Assembly (NCBI GenBank): GCA_019894975.1
Contig: JAGXNO010000015.1
Location: 1-64,000, forward strand
DNA length: 64,000 nucleotides
Reading direction: 5' to 3'
DNA from: Promethearchaeota archaeon
Lineage (GTDB): Archaea; Asgardarchaeota; Lokiarchaeia; Sigyniarchaeales; SOKP01
The translations under genes and the position numbers were made by a program. The notes below the pieces were generated by a model. The model was not told the origin of the DNA and made no database searches. It saw only the letters and a list, made by a program, of their open reading frames with translations. This document shows positions 29,537-39,679 of this stretch, piece by piece (position 1 is the stretch's first letter; each line of letters opens with the position of its first letter).

Positions 29537-30973
29537 TTAATCTATTACTTTATGAACTTCTAAATTATAGCCTAAATATTTTGTAAGAGCTTCATAAACA
29601 ATATCTCCAACATGTTTTAGTGTTGCAGCAACATGATGAGCGAAACCTCCTAAACATAAAGATTTTAGAAGATCCTGTAAATTGGGAATTTCAACCACAC
29701 CATATCCCCCAAATGTATTTAAAGGATCCTCAGTATAGTTCCCTTCTGCTAAAATTGCTTTTATTTCCCCGAATAAATCGTCTGTTTCAATCCGGAGTAA
29801 TGTGCAAGGTTTAGTTTTAATTCGTCCTTGAATTGCTCCGAAGGTCGTGTCTTCTCCCTTTAAATCTGAAATTATAGGGTGTATTGTCATTTTGGTATCT
29901 TGAAAGAATGATTTAGGAAGGTTGCTACAATGAAAAAGTACCATTTTGTTCGGGTCATCCCCATAGTTGTTGTTCCAATCAAGAATGGCGGAAGGTGTTT
30001 CTGAGGCAATCTGTAGTATTAACATCCCAATTAACCCTGAGATGTCTACTTCACATGCAGCAGGTACCAACCCTTCACTAAACATGCTCATCACAGCACA
30101 GGGAACTATACCGAAATTATCTTGAATTGAAGGCCAACATTGGAAGGCAAAACCATCTAATTCGTTTTCAACGACCCAATTCTCAACGACAAATGCTAAT
30201 TTCGCTAATTTTAAAATCCCCTCTTTAGGAAATGTTGTAGTAGACGTGTAATTTCTAATAAATTCAATTTTTTCTTGAACTTTTGGATCATCATCTTTTA
30301 ATTGATTGATTAAACCAAAAATCTCGGATAAATCAATTGGTTCTATACTTATACCGTTAAATTCTAAGATTTTTTCACTGTATCTTACCGTTTCAAAAGC
30401 ATTTGGGCGTGTCCCAATTTGACCTAGTCTAACATTTTGAAGTTTATTTACAATTCTACATATTTTTTCGAATCTCCTAACATCTGTTTTGAATACATCT
30501 GATTTTATGGGACAAGTATGATATTTTGTGAGAGTAAATGGGATTCCATGCTGGTATAACACACTGGTAACGGATATTTTACCACAAAATGCATCTCTTC
30601 GATTTTTTCGATCCATTTTATCAATTTCGTCAGAAGAAGCATGAATTAAGACAGGAACATTGAGATTTGCTAACTTTAGAGTATTAGCAATACCTTTTTC
30701 ATCACCAAAGTTAGGGAGGATAACAACCACTCCGTTTATTATTTCTTTATTAGACTTAAATAATAAAGCACATTTTTTAGCTTCTTCGAAGGTTTCTACA
30801 CAACCAAATTTAGTTTCTTCCTCGCTTAAAATAACATAATTATAGCCTAGCTCCTTCATGACTTCAATAATTTCATGCCTTCCTTCTTTTGCTAGATTAT
30901 CAGGGAATACATCACGGTTTCCTACGATGATTCCAAATGTAATTTTTTCAGAAGCTTTAGATATTAACACCAT
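29537..30973 (-). CDS. L-fucose/L-arabinose isomerase family protein
   Basis: PNFGDE, RRDAFCGKIS, QCWP, ACEVD, FHCSN, TFGGYGV, FAHHVA. Confidence 0.88.
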   Translation of the reverse strand: MVLISKASEKITFGIIVGNRDVFPDNLAKEGRHEIIEVMKELGYNYVILSEEETKFGCVETFEEAKKCALLFKSNKEIINGVVVILPNFGDEKGIANTLKLANLNVPVLIHASSDEIDKMDRKNRRDAFCGKISVTSVLYQHGIPFTLTKYHTCPIKSDVFKTDVRRFEKICRIVNKLQNVRLGQIGTRPNAFETVRYSEKILEFNGISIEPIDLSEIFGLINQLKDDDPKVQEKIEFIRNYTSTTTFPKEGILKLAKLAFVVENWVVENELDGFAFQCWPSIQDNFGIVPCAVMSMFSEGLVPAACEVDISGLIGMLILQIASETPSAILDWNNNYGDDPNKMVLFHCSNLPKSFFQDTKMTIHPIISDLKGEDTTFGAIQGRIKTKPCTLLRIETDDLFGEIKAILAEGNYTEDPLNTFGGYGVVEIPNLQDLLKSLCLGGFAHHVAATLKHVGDIVYEALTKYLGYNLEVHKVID

Positions 30974-31059
30974 TGTTTATCTCTCATTATATTTATAAAA
31001 TTTAATTAAGTAATTTAATTAAAGAATTTAAAACTAAATTAAAATTTGCTAAGTATTCA

Positions 31060-32322
31060 ATGAATATTATACCTAGATTTAAGACTCGAGTTAAACATCT
31101 TTGGGAGCAAAAAGTATTTCGATTGGCTGTGATTCTTCACGTCTTCTACTTCTTTCTTTCGATCATCTTATTCTTTTTAATTTACAAGGAGAAAAATGAC
31201 TTTATAATCTTCTATAATGTTGGAGATATTTTCCTTAACGATATTGAAAATCTATATAACCAAGCATATTATTTATGGGATTTCAGATACTTTCCTTTAT
31301 CAGCACTATTTTTTATTCCGTTTTCAGTCCTGAGCTTTGAAGTAGCATTTGTAGTTTTTAATATTTTTAATATTCTGCTTAATGTTCTGATATCAATAAT
31401 TCTCTTTAAAATTATAAAGCTAGTAAAACATAGGGATCATGAAGAAGACGATAAAAGAGTTATATTATACGTGTCTATCTATTTAATGGGCTTACCCCAT
31501 GTATTAAACTATATTTATGGACAAATTAATTTATTTATTACCCTATTTATTTTGGTATCTCTTTATATATTTATAAAATATGAAGAGCTTAAATGGCAAT
31601 TAATAGGAAGTATAATCTTAGGAATAAGTATCATAATTAAACCTACAGCTTTTTTCCTAATTCCTTTTTTGATTATCTTAAGATTTGACTGGGAACAAAA
31701 GAAGTTTAAACTTAACTTTATTACAAGTCTAGTAAGATTAATGGGAGTAATTTTACCTTTGTTACTAAATTTTATTCTTTTTTTAATCTATCCCTTGTTA
31801 TGGGAAGGATTTTTAGAGACTAACTTTACGGGAAGCAATCCAGTTGCTCTAAATTTTTCTTTTAGCATTACTAAACTAATAACAAATTTCTGTTATTTCT
31901 ATAATATTCCTTTTAATCAACTTTATATATTAATTGGAGTAATTTGTGTTGTAGGAGGATTAGGTATCATCAGTTATTTGATCAGAAGATCTGCAGAAAA
32001 TGCAATAATATACGGTTTTGCATTTGGAATCATTATTATGCTACTTGTGTACTATGATTCCTGGGATCACCATCTTTTAAATTTAACTCCTATCCTAATT
32101 ATTATAATATTTAATCTTCCAAGACAATCTGAAATTACAAATTCTATTAAACCTAGCTTAATTTTCTTTAGTTTTTTTGACTTAGCATTTGTAGGAATTT
32201 GGTATCTTATATACCCATTATTCCCCTTCAATTTTGAAGCAACATTCTTCTTGTTACTCACGTTTTATGCTATCCTTAAATATTGCTTAAAAAATAAAAA
32301 GGTTTCATTAAAGGAGGAGTAA
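31060..32322 (+). CDS. GT87/DUF2029 GT-C glycosyltransferase
   Basis: DFIIFY, FRYFP, GQIN, IIIKP, SWDHH; polytopic membrane protein. Confidence 0.8.
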   Translation: MNIIPRFKTRVKHLWEQKVFRLAVILHVFYFFLSIILFFLIYKEKNDFIIFYNVGDIFLNDIENLYNQAYYLWDFRYFPLSALFFIPFSVLSFEVAFVVFNIFNILLNVLISIILFKIIKLVKHRDHEEDDKRVILYVSIYLMGLPHVLNYIYGQINLFITLFILVSLYIFIKYEELKWQLIGSIILGISIIIKPTAFFLIPFLIILRFDWEQKKFKLNFITSLVRLMGVILPLLLNFILFLIYPLLWEGFLETNFTGSNPVALNFSFSITKLITNFCYFYNIPFNQLYILIGVICVVGGLGIISYLIRRSAENAIIYGFAFGIIIMLLVYYDSWDHHLLNLTPILIIIIFNLPRQSEITNSIKPSLIFFSFFDLAFVGIWYLIYPLFPFNFEATFFLLLTFYAILKYCLKNKKVSLKEE

Positions 32323-32326
32323 AAGC

Positions 32327-33073
32327 TTGAATCGAAAATTATGGTTTCTTAGCATTATAATTATCTTTTTCTTGTCTCCTGGAATGATTTTAAACGTTGG
32401 TGCGATAAAGTACAACACAGGAGTTAAAGAAAACGATGATTTGATATGGAAATGTAGGGTGTGCGATGATGCTGAAATGAATTTTATTTTTGGAATTGGT
32501 TGGGATAATTCAGGGATATTTCAAAATTTAAGTAAGGGGAAAATGATGAAATGGGAAATAGACTCAGTTCAGGTTAATGATACTGTTATTAAAATTGAAT
32601 TTGGTGTGTGGTTTTGGAGACAAAATAGAAATTGGGGGATTAAAGATAATGATTCTGAAATTTTATATCATACCAATCCAAGTGATTATACTGAAGAACT
32701 AAATTTCTCATCAGAAAAATCATTTACACCATTCTGGTTTCCTGTTCCTGTAGGAGAATATATAGGAGGTTTGAATTTAACTGGTTGGTATGATGTTGAT
32801 AATAGAGTTTTACCTACGTTAAATGTTGACATTCCTAAGGATACTGTTTTATCTGGATATCCTAATAGAAGTATACAGGTTATAGCTATTTATAACGAAC
32901 TAGGGATTTTAAGCTCCTACAAGTTATATACTAAAGGAAATGTAGTTATCATTGATATTGCTCTTGATTTTTTGCCTATTTATGTGATACCCTCGTTAGT
33001 AGTCTTATTTACGATTCTATCTCTTGGGGTAATTATTTATATAATTAAAAAATATAAATCCACTAGACTATAA
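32327..33073 (+). CDS. Secreted, C-terminally membrane-anchored protein
   Basis: N-terminal signal peptide, C-terminal TM followed by KKYK, several NxS/T sequons. Confidence 0.75.
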   Translation: MNRKLWFLSIIIIFFLSPGMILNVGAIKYNTGVKENDDLIWKCRVCDDAEMNFIFGIGWDNSGIFQNLSKGKMMKWEIDSVQVNDTVIKIEFGVWFWRQNRNWGIKDNDSEILYHTNPSDYTEELNFSSEKSFTPFWFPVPVGEYIGGLNLTGWYDVDNRVLPTLNVDIPKDTVLSGYPNRSIQVIAIYNELGILSSYKLYTKGNVVIIDIALDFLPIYVIPSLVVLFTILSLGVIIYIIKKYKSTRL

Positions 33074-33087
33074 TAACAGCTTTTAAT

Positions 33088-34356
33088 ATGAAGGTTCAAA
33101 ATTTTTTATCTCAAGTAAAAGAAAGGAGTAAAGAACTCTGGAAATATAAAATAGTTAAATATGCAGTCATCATTCATGGGGTATATTTCATATTATCACT
33201 AATTTTAACACTCATTTTTTTACGAAATAATAATGACTTTAAAGTTTATTATGATGTAGGGGGAGTGGCGTTAAATAATCTAGAGGATCTTTATACTGCA
33301 CCTTATAAATGGCCTTTTAGGTATTTGCCAATAGCTTCATTATTATTTATTCCATTTCATTTAATGGGATTTGATTTAGGTTTTATTGTATTCAATGTTC
33401 TTAATTTATTTCTCAATATCTTGATATGTGTTATTCTTTACAAGATTATAATTTTAATTAGGGCAGACAGTCATGAAAAAGATGAAAAAAGAGTGATAGT
33501 CTATATTTGTATATATATGATGAGTTTACCAAATTTATTTAACTATGTTTTGGGTCAAATTAATTTGTATGTCACACTATTAATTCTATTGTCCTTATAT
33601 ATTTATTTGCAATGCAAAGGAATGAAATGGGAATTTCTAGCAAGTGTTCTTCTTGGAATAAGCATAATTATTAAGCCAATCACTGTTTTCATGATTCCTT
33701 TTATCCTCATCATTCATTTTGATTTAATTAATAAAAAGCTCAAATTTGATATCTCTCGTAGTTTCATAAGATTAGTTGGTATATTTCTACCAATCTCTCT
33801 AAATTTCTTAATGTTTCTAATGGTACCGAATTTATTAGATGGATTTATCTCAGCTAACTTCACAAGCGCAGAGCCTTCCCAAATAAATCACTCCTTTAGC
33901 ATAACAAAACTCATTATCAACTTCTTTTACTTCATTGGATTTACTGAAGAGGGAGTACTTGCACTTCAAATGCCTGTTTTCTTCATTATAGCCATTATAT
34001 TAAGTTGTATAGGTTTCATTTCATTTGTTGTGAGAAGAATTCCTAATCATTCTTTGCTATATGGCTACTGTTTTGGGATTGTTATAATGTTTCTTTGTTA
34101 TTTTGATTCATGGGATCATCATTTACTAAATTTAATACCTTTATTGATAATGATTTTATTCAATTTACCAAGAGAGTCTAGTTTGACTAGAAAATATATC
34201 AAACCAAGCATAATTTTTTTGAGCTTTTTTGATCTTGTCTTTATGGGGCTCTTTTTTGTAACAGGAAGCTTTTTCCCCTTCAATTTTGCCAGTACAATAT
34301 TCCTGATATTAATCTTCTATGTATTAGTAAAAAACAGTATTACAAAAAGAAATTAA
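33088..34356 (+). CDS. GT87/DUF2029 GT-C glycosyltransferase (paralogue)
   Basis: DFKVYY, FRYLP, GQIN, IIIKP, SWDHH; clearly paralogous to 31060-32322. Confidence 0.8.
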   Translation: MKVQNFLSQVKERSKELWKYKIVKYAVIIHGVYFILSLILTLIFLRNNNDFKVYYDVGGVALNNLEDLYTAPYKWPFRYLPIASLLFIPFHLMGFDLGFIVFNVLNLFLNILICVILYKIIILIRADSHEKDEKRVIVYICIYMMSLPNLFNYVLGQINLYVTLLILLSLYIYLQCKGMKWEFLASVLLGISIIIKPITVFMIPFILIIHFDLINKKLKFDISRSFIRLVGIFLPISLNFLMFLMVPNLLDGFISANFTSAEPSQINHSFSITKLIINFFYFIGFTEEGVLALQMPVFFIIAIILSCIGFISFVVRRIPNHSLLYGYCFGIVIMFLCYFDSWDHHLLNLIPLLIMILFNLPRESSLTRKYIKPSIIFLSFFDLVFMGLFFVTGSFFPFNFASTIFLILIFYVLVKNSITKRN

Positions 34357-34372
34357 TGAGATCAGAATAGAT

Positions 34373-35101
34373 ATGGAAATCATCCCTGCAATCGATGTGA
34401 GTAATGGAAAATGCGTGAGATTATTTCAAGGAGTAAAAGGATCAGAAAAAATATATTATGACAATCCTCTTGAAGCTATCGATTTTTGGATTAATGTAGG
34501 AGCAAAACGAATCCATTTCATAGATTTAGACGGTGCTTGGGGAACTGATACAAATAAAGCTTTATTTAGAGCTTTGATTAAGAAGGCTTCTACTAAACTA
34601 AAGATTCAAGTTGGAGGAGGAATAAGGGATATTGAATCAGCACAAGAACTAATCAATATTGGTGTAGATCGTATTATTTTAGGAACTGTTGCACTCAAAG
34701 AACCGAATGTGGTTCAAGCATTAGTTAATATGATTGGCGCTGATAAAGTAATTATAGCAATTGATTATCAAGATGAAAAAATTGCTACTCATGGATGGAC
34801 TAAAATTTCCAAGAAAGATCCGTTCTCATTTGGGAAAGAAATGGAGAAATTAGGCGTAAGATTAATTTTATTCTCTTCAATTGACGCAGATGGGACTTTA
34901 GCTGGACCTGATTTTCAAAATATCAAGAAAATGATGGAAACTCTCAAGAAGGCAACACTATATGTTGCTGGGGGTGTCCGGGATCAAGAAGATCTTGATA
35001 TGTTGAAGCAAATGGGTGTAAAAGGAGTCATAATTGGAAAAGCCTTTTATGAGCAAAAATTGTCATATTCAATAATCAAAAATTCTAAATATAATGATTA
35101 A
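34373..35101 (+). CDS. hisA: ProFAR isomerase
   Basis: IIPAIDV..GKCVRL, IHFIDLDGA, QVGGGIR, DGTLAGPD, AGGV, IIGKAFY. Confidence 0.95.
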   Translation: MEIIPAIDVSNGKCVRLFQGVKGSEKIYYDNPLEAIDFWINVGAKRIHFIDLDGAWGTDTNKALFRALIKKASTKLKIQVGGGIRDIESAQELINIGVDRIILGTVALKEPNVVQALVNMIGADKVIIAIDYQDEKIATHGWTKISKKDPFSFGKEMEKLGVRLILFSSIDADGTLAGPDFQNIKKMMETLKKATLYVAGGVRDQEDLDMLKQMGVKGVIIGKAFYEQKLSYSIIKNSKYND

Positions 35102-35174
35102 AATATATTTAAAGGAGACCCACGAATTAGAATATAAAAATTAAAGAATTCCAAATTAAAGCAATTTTTCAAAA

Positions 35175-35900
35175 ATGTTTCAAGAATTTTATCTACCGCC
35201 ACTATTAGTTGTTTTCGCGCCAGCATTCACTTTGGGTTTTCTTCATACGGCTATTCCTTGTGAAGATAAAGCAATCTTCTTTTTTTGGTCATTTGGTATT
35301 TCTAAGACACCTCTAAGAAGTGTTTTAATATTAGTCCTTTATGGTTTAGGATTAATGTCTTCTAATTTGATCATAGCTTTTGTAACTGTAGCTGTGAGTT
35401 TTCTTCCTCAAATATTTATCCCCGGTATTATCCCTGATGATTTTACTATCAATTTTTTTGGAGCTGTTGTTTCTATGTTTGCAGGGATAATTTTATTATT
35501 TTTTATAACGCGAAGAAAATATATGCCACATTCTAAATATAAAGATGAATTAAGCGAATTGAATTGGGAAAAAAAGAAGACACCTTATCTTTTTGGGATT
35601 TTAGCAGGATTTGCACCTTGTATTTTTGAACTAATAATTTATACTCAATGTTTACAATATTCACTTAGTGGGATTTTCATTGATGGGATTTTCATTGTGT
35701 TTTACTTCTCATTAGGAACATTTGTAGGCCTTTTTCCCTTGGCTTTGGCAAAACACGGAACTTCTCAAATTCTAAAGACAAGAGAACCTAAACCTAACCG
35801 TGTATTACTCATTATGATATTGATACTCATATTATTCAACGCGGCTGTAATGATTCTATCATTTTTACGTATCCGTGTTTTTCCAGAAGTTTCTTTTTGA
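35175..35900 (+). CDS. Membrane protein, DsbD_2/UreH/NicO-like
   Basis: GFLHTAIPCED, GILAGFAPC, FSLGT motifs. Confidence 0.55.
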   Translation: MFQEFYLPPLLVVFAPAFTLGFLHTAIPCEDKAIFFFWSFGISKTPLRSVLILVLYGLGLMSSNLIIAFVTVAVSFLPQIFIPGIIPDDFTINFFGAVVSMFAGIILLFFITRRKYMPHSKYKDELSELNWEKKKTPYLFGILAGFAPCIFELIIYTQCLQYSLSGIFIDGIFIVFYFSLGTFVGLFPLALAKHGTSQILKTREPKPNRVLLIMILILILFNAAVMILSFLRIRVFPEVSF

Positions 35901-36059
35901 GATTTCTGTCAATACCTAATATGATATTAATGAAAAAATTAATTACCTTTTAATTATTCATAATATTTGAGTCTACTAAAATTTGGTCTATTAAAATATT
36001 TTAAGCTGTAATTTTTTTATAATTATATAGATTTCAAAAAACCAAGAAGTTTTAAAATA

Positions 36060-38432
36060 ATGAAATGTCTCTACTGCGAAAGTCAAAATATTGATTATAC
36101 TTGTGAAAAATGCAAGTCTAGCTTCTGCATTAATCATATTGCCACTACAGAGATTCATGAGTGTAAAAGGCACGAAATAATTTATTCAAAAGCAAAGGCA
36201 TTAGAAAGAAATTTTAAATGTACTGTAGTTGAAGATAGCGAGTGTCCAGTATGTAAATCTCCTCTAAGGTTAGAAAGATTGTCTTCTGGTCAATATTATT
36301 TGGAATGCACAAATCCTCAATGCCCAGACTCGTGGAATTCTTATTTAAAAACACCGGGAATATTTTTTCCTACGAAAGAAAAACTCGCAAGAGAAGCTTT
36401 AAGGTATAATCTCATTAAAGGAAACAGATTGATTTTGTGTGGTAAGAGATTAAAACATATTATTGGAAAAGAAATATGTCCTAATTGTTTTTTAGACCTA
36501 CTCCGAAGAGCATCTCTCACTAATTTCCCAACTATCATGAATTCATTTAATATCTCGGCAGATCAAATGATTAAGTTCATAAATAAATATATGGAAGAGG
36601 ATAGAATTTATGGAATCATAGATCAAAAGAACCAAATGTTTTATTATATCTCTTCAGAGTTGAGGGATAACTTATTATCGAAGTTCAATGATGAGGGAAT
36701 TATTAGAGTAGATGAACTAACTGCTATGTTGGATATGAGTAGTGATATCGCTCGTAAAGTAATATATAAGTTAATCAATCAATTCCAAATAAAAGGGTCC
36801 TTTTCACAGGAAAGAGATATCTATTACACCCAAAAATACATTTTAGATAATTTAATTGAAGAAATTAAGAAAAAGGGAAGAGTATCCTTAAAAGGATTAG
36901 CAATTAGTTTAGATCTTCCACAAGAGCTTGTAAAGTCTTTTTGTGTTAATTTAATGAGAGCAAAAGCGGTGAATGGTTATTTTGCTGACCGAGGTAATGA
37001 AGTAATTACTGCTAACCAAATATTTAATGAAATAAAAAACTTTTCCAAACAGACAGGTTTATTTGAACTGAATAAACTTGCCCTAAAATTAAAGATAGCT
37101 GTCGAATTAGCGAGAAAAAGTTTGCATGAATTAATTAAAACCGGTAAAATTAAGGGTTTATTCACCCAAAGAAGAGAATTTATGACAAACAAATTTATGG
37201 AAAACAAAATAAAGGAACTCGCTAGAGCTTATCGTACTATGCCTTTAAGAGAACTTTCTAATAGATTGGGTGTTACCGAATCAAGTATAGAAGAAAATTT
37301 AGCACAAATTATTGCGCGTGGAGATATCGATGGGTATATTGATATGTCAAAAAGAAATTTCACTGCTTATTCTGTACCAAGGGAAGCAAAATCTAGTGCG
37401 CAACCAAAAGCAACGGTTAACCCTACTGATGAGGGAAAGATAGAAGTGGTTCGTGAGTATGATTTCATCGGTGGGCAGCTACATATGAAAATCGTTACTC
37501 GGAACAATAGTTCTATGGCAATAAATTCAGTAAAAGTGATCTTAGATGCCCCTACAAGCTATAATATAAAAACTCCTCTGATCACCATCCCTGTTATTGA
37601 AGCAAATAATTCTAGAGGTGTTGATTTCTACTTAGAGCCAAAAGAGTGTGGGATCTCTTCAATTGGTGGTGATGTGATCTACAAAACAGCATCAGGGGAA
37701 AAAAGAACCATACATATACGAAAAAAAGAAGTCCAGATAAAATGCCCCTTAGTTGTATCGTGTTTGTCAACTATTGAAGATGTTCAGATTACAATCCAAG
37801 ATCTTCCAAATGATGCTCGCGCCTTTTTAATAGCAGACATCGACCCAAGATTAGCCTATAGAGCAGCAGTTCGCACTTTAAAACGTTTTGAAGTAAGCAC
37901 AGTTACATCACATGAAGGAAAAGATCCGAAAGGAAAGTACGAAGCAGAGAGCTGGCATTGCTCAGAAGCAAAGGTTGGGGGAGGAAGAATAGTTACCAGG
38001 ATATACGTTTCTGAAACAAATCAATCTTTAGAAGTGAGAGTTTGGTGTGGAGAAGCTGGACAGCTAACTGGCTTTTTAGCCAAAATTATCGAGCTATTAT
38101 TTGAGGAAATTAACATAATTCGCAAAATCAGATCAGAGGAGAGGGAGAAGACTATTGATGTTATGGCAGTAACCCAAAATTTAGCTGAAATGTCTGATTA
38201 TTGTATGTTAAGATGGAAAGCTCAAAATATTAGGATTAAACTACATGATACATTTGTGAGAGTAAGGAAAATTATTGGAGACAACGAGCCTATCCTAAGC
38301 AGAATGGAGTTTTGGTTAACTCAGTTAAATAAGTACGCCAAAGATGATAAAATAAGTGAGGACGACGCCGATCGACTAGTAAATGACCTGGAGAACTTCA
38401 AGTCTGTAATCGCAAGGGCAATTAAACTTTAA
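36060..38432 (+). CDS. Multidomain protein: Zn fingers + tandem winged-helix (PCI/UFL1-like) repeats + Ig-like/platform appendage
   Basis: N-terminal CxxC pairs; about four repeats of the G.I.G.(I/F)...Y(I/Y)(T/S) type; C-terminal beta-rich region. Confidence 0.6.
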   Translation: MKCLYCESQNIDYTCEKCKSSFCINHIATTEIHECKRHEIIYSKAKALERNFKCTVVEDSECPVCKSPLRLERLSSGQYYLECTNPQCPDSWNSYLKTPGIFFPTKEKLAREALRYNLIKGNRLILCGKRLKHIIGKEICPNCFLDLLRRASLTNFPTIMNSFNISADQMIKFINKYMEEDRIYGIIDQKNQMFYYISSELRDNLLSKFNDEGIIRVDELTAMLDMSSDIARKVIYKLINQFQIKGSFSQERDIYYTQKYILDNLIEEIKKKGRVSLKGLAISLDLPQELVKSFCVNLMRAKAVNGYFADRGNEVITANQIFNEIKNFSKQTGLFELNKLALKLKIAVELARKSLHELIKTGKIKGLFTQRREFMTNKFMENKIKELARAYRTMPLRELSNRLGVTESSIEENLAQIIARGDIDGYIDMSKRNFTAYSVPREAKSSAQPKATVNPTDEGKIEVVREYDFIGGQLHMKIVTRNNSSMAINSVKVILDAPTSYNIKTPLITIPVIEANNSRGVDFYLEPKECGISSIGGDVIYKTASGEKRTIHIRKKEVQIKCPLVVSCLSTIEDVQITIQDLPNDARAFLIADIDPRLAYRAAVRTLKRFEVSTVTSHEGKDPKGKYEAESWHCSEAKVGGGRIVTRIYVSETNQSLEVRVWCGEAGQLTGFLAKIIELLFEEINIIRKIRSEEREKTIDVMAVTQNLAEMSDYCMLRWKAQNIRIKLHDTFVRVRKIIGDNEPILSRMEFWLTQLNKYAKDDKISEDDADRLVNDLENFKSVIARAIKL

Positions 38433-38545
38433 AGATTTTGGATAAAAACACAAAAAAAAAATTTATAAACTTTATCACCTATATTGTATATTAAAAATTA
38501 CATTTCTCTTTAATTATCTTTCAATTAATAAAAAGTGAGATTAAT

Positions 38546-38962
38546 ATGAGCCCAATAATTAGTATAAGCATAAATGAAAGCCTGAAAAAATTCATCAATA
38601 AATTAGTTTCAAAGAATCAATATGAGAATAAATCTAAATTAATTAGAGATGCATTACTGCGCTTAATGTCAACAATAGATATATCAAGCATGGATCTTGC
38701 TAGCGAAATAGGCCCAATTCCAAAAAAAATAGTTGGAAATATGATCCTCATAGCCCCTAATGATTATTTAATACAGAAAAAGCTGAATAAAATTGAAAGT
38801 GAATTTAAAGAGCAAATAATTAGCAAGAATGTTAATTTTGTGAATCAAAATTCTATAATATTCATGATTTTCGAAGGCCAAGTACAAGATTTCCAGAAAC
38901 TTGTTGTTGAAATAAATAGTATTGAAGAAGTTAAGAATTTTAGATATTTAATTGTGAACTAG
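38546..38962 (+). CDS. CopG/NikR-like ribbon-helix-helix regulator
   Basis: IISISINESL...YENKSKLIRDAL followed by an ACT-like C-terminal domain. Confidence 0.8.
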   Translation: MSPIISISINESLKKFINKLVSKNQYENKSKLIRDALLRLMSTIDISSMDLASEIGPIPKKIVGNMILIAPNDYLIQKKLNKIESEFKEQIISKNVNFVNQNSIIFMIFEGQVQDFQKLVVEINSIEEVKNFRYLIVN

Positions 38963-39034
38963 GAAACAACTACTTCTTGTAGAACCTTAGAATACACATT
39001 TTTTTTCTGATTTTATTGAGTAAGTGATAATACT

Positions 39035-39397
39035 ATGGGAAAAAATAAATATGGAAAAGAATATCAAAAAAAAGTAAATCCTTCTACGGGACAGAAAGGA
39101 GGAAGCAAAGGAGATCCAATCCGAGGAGGGAAAATTAAAGCAAGTCATATTTTGATTGATAAATTTAGTAGAGCAACAGAAATTTATGAGGATCTAGAAG
39201 CAGGAGAAAAATTTGAAAGTTTAGCTCAGCAATATTCTAGTTGTCCAAGCAAGAAAAAAGGTGGAAATTTAGGAGATTTTTCTAAGGGTGATATGGTCTC
39301 TGAATTTTGGAACGCATGTAGTAAATTGAAAGTGGGTGAAATTTCTCAACCTGTAAAAACACAGCATGGGTATCATATAATAAAACGTACAGGATGA
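39035..39397 (+). CDS. Parvulin-type peptidyl-prolyl isomerase
   Basis: ASHILI, YSSCPSKKKGGNLG, GDMV, PVKTQHGYHII. Confidence 0.93.
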   Translation: MGKNKYGKEYQKKVNPSTGQKGGSKGDPIRGGKIKASHILIDKFSRATEIYEDLEAGEKFESLAQQYSSCPSKKKGGNLGDFSKGDMVSEFWNACSKLKVGEISQPVKTQHGYHIIKRTG

Positions 39398-39405
39398 AAA
39401 AGAAA

Positions 39406-39509
39406 TAGCCCAGCACGGATTCGAACCGTGGTCCAAGGGTTCAGGGCCCTCGATGATTGACCATTTCGCTATTGAGCAAGAGAAATACCCAAATCTACAC
39501 CACTGGGCT
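39406..39509 (-). tRNA. tRNA-Gln(CUG) with D-loop intron (about 39461-39488)
   Basis: Acceptor stem AGCCCAG/CUGGGCU + A73, T arm CACGG-UUCGAAU-CCGUG, anticodon arm GAGGG-CCCUGAA-CCCUU; about 28 extra nt in the D arm. Confidence 0.88.
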
Positions 39510-39679
39510 ATTAAAAATATTTTCTAATTTTTATAATTTTATTTATCTAAAAAATATTTGCAATTTATTAAAATCTTAAGGAATAATATTGAAAAGCTAG
39601 TAAAATATAAGTAATTAGTATTTTTGATTTTTTTGTTAAATAAGATAAATTTTTATGTAGAGTGAACTTTATCATAACT

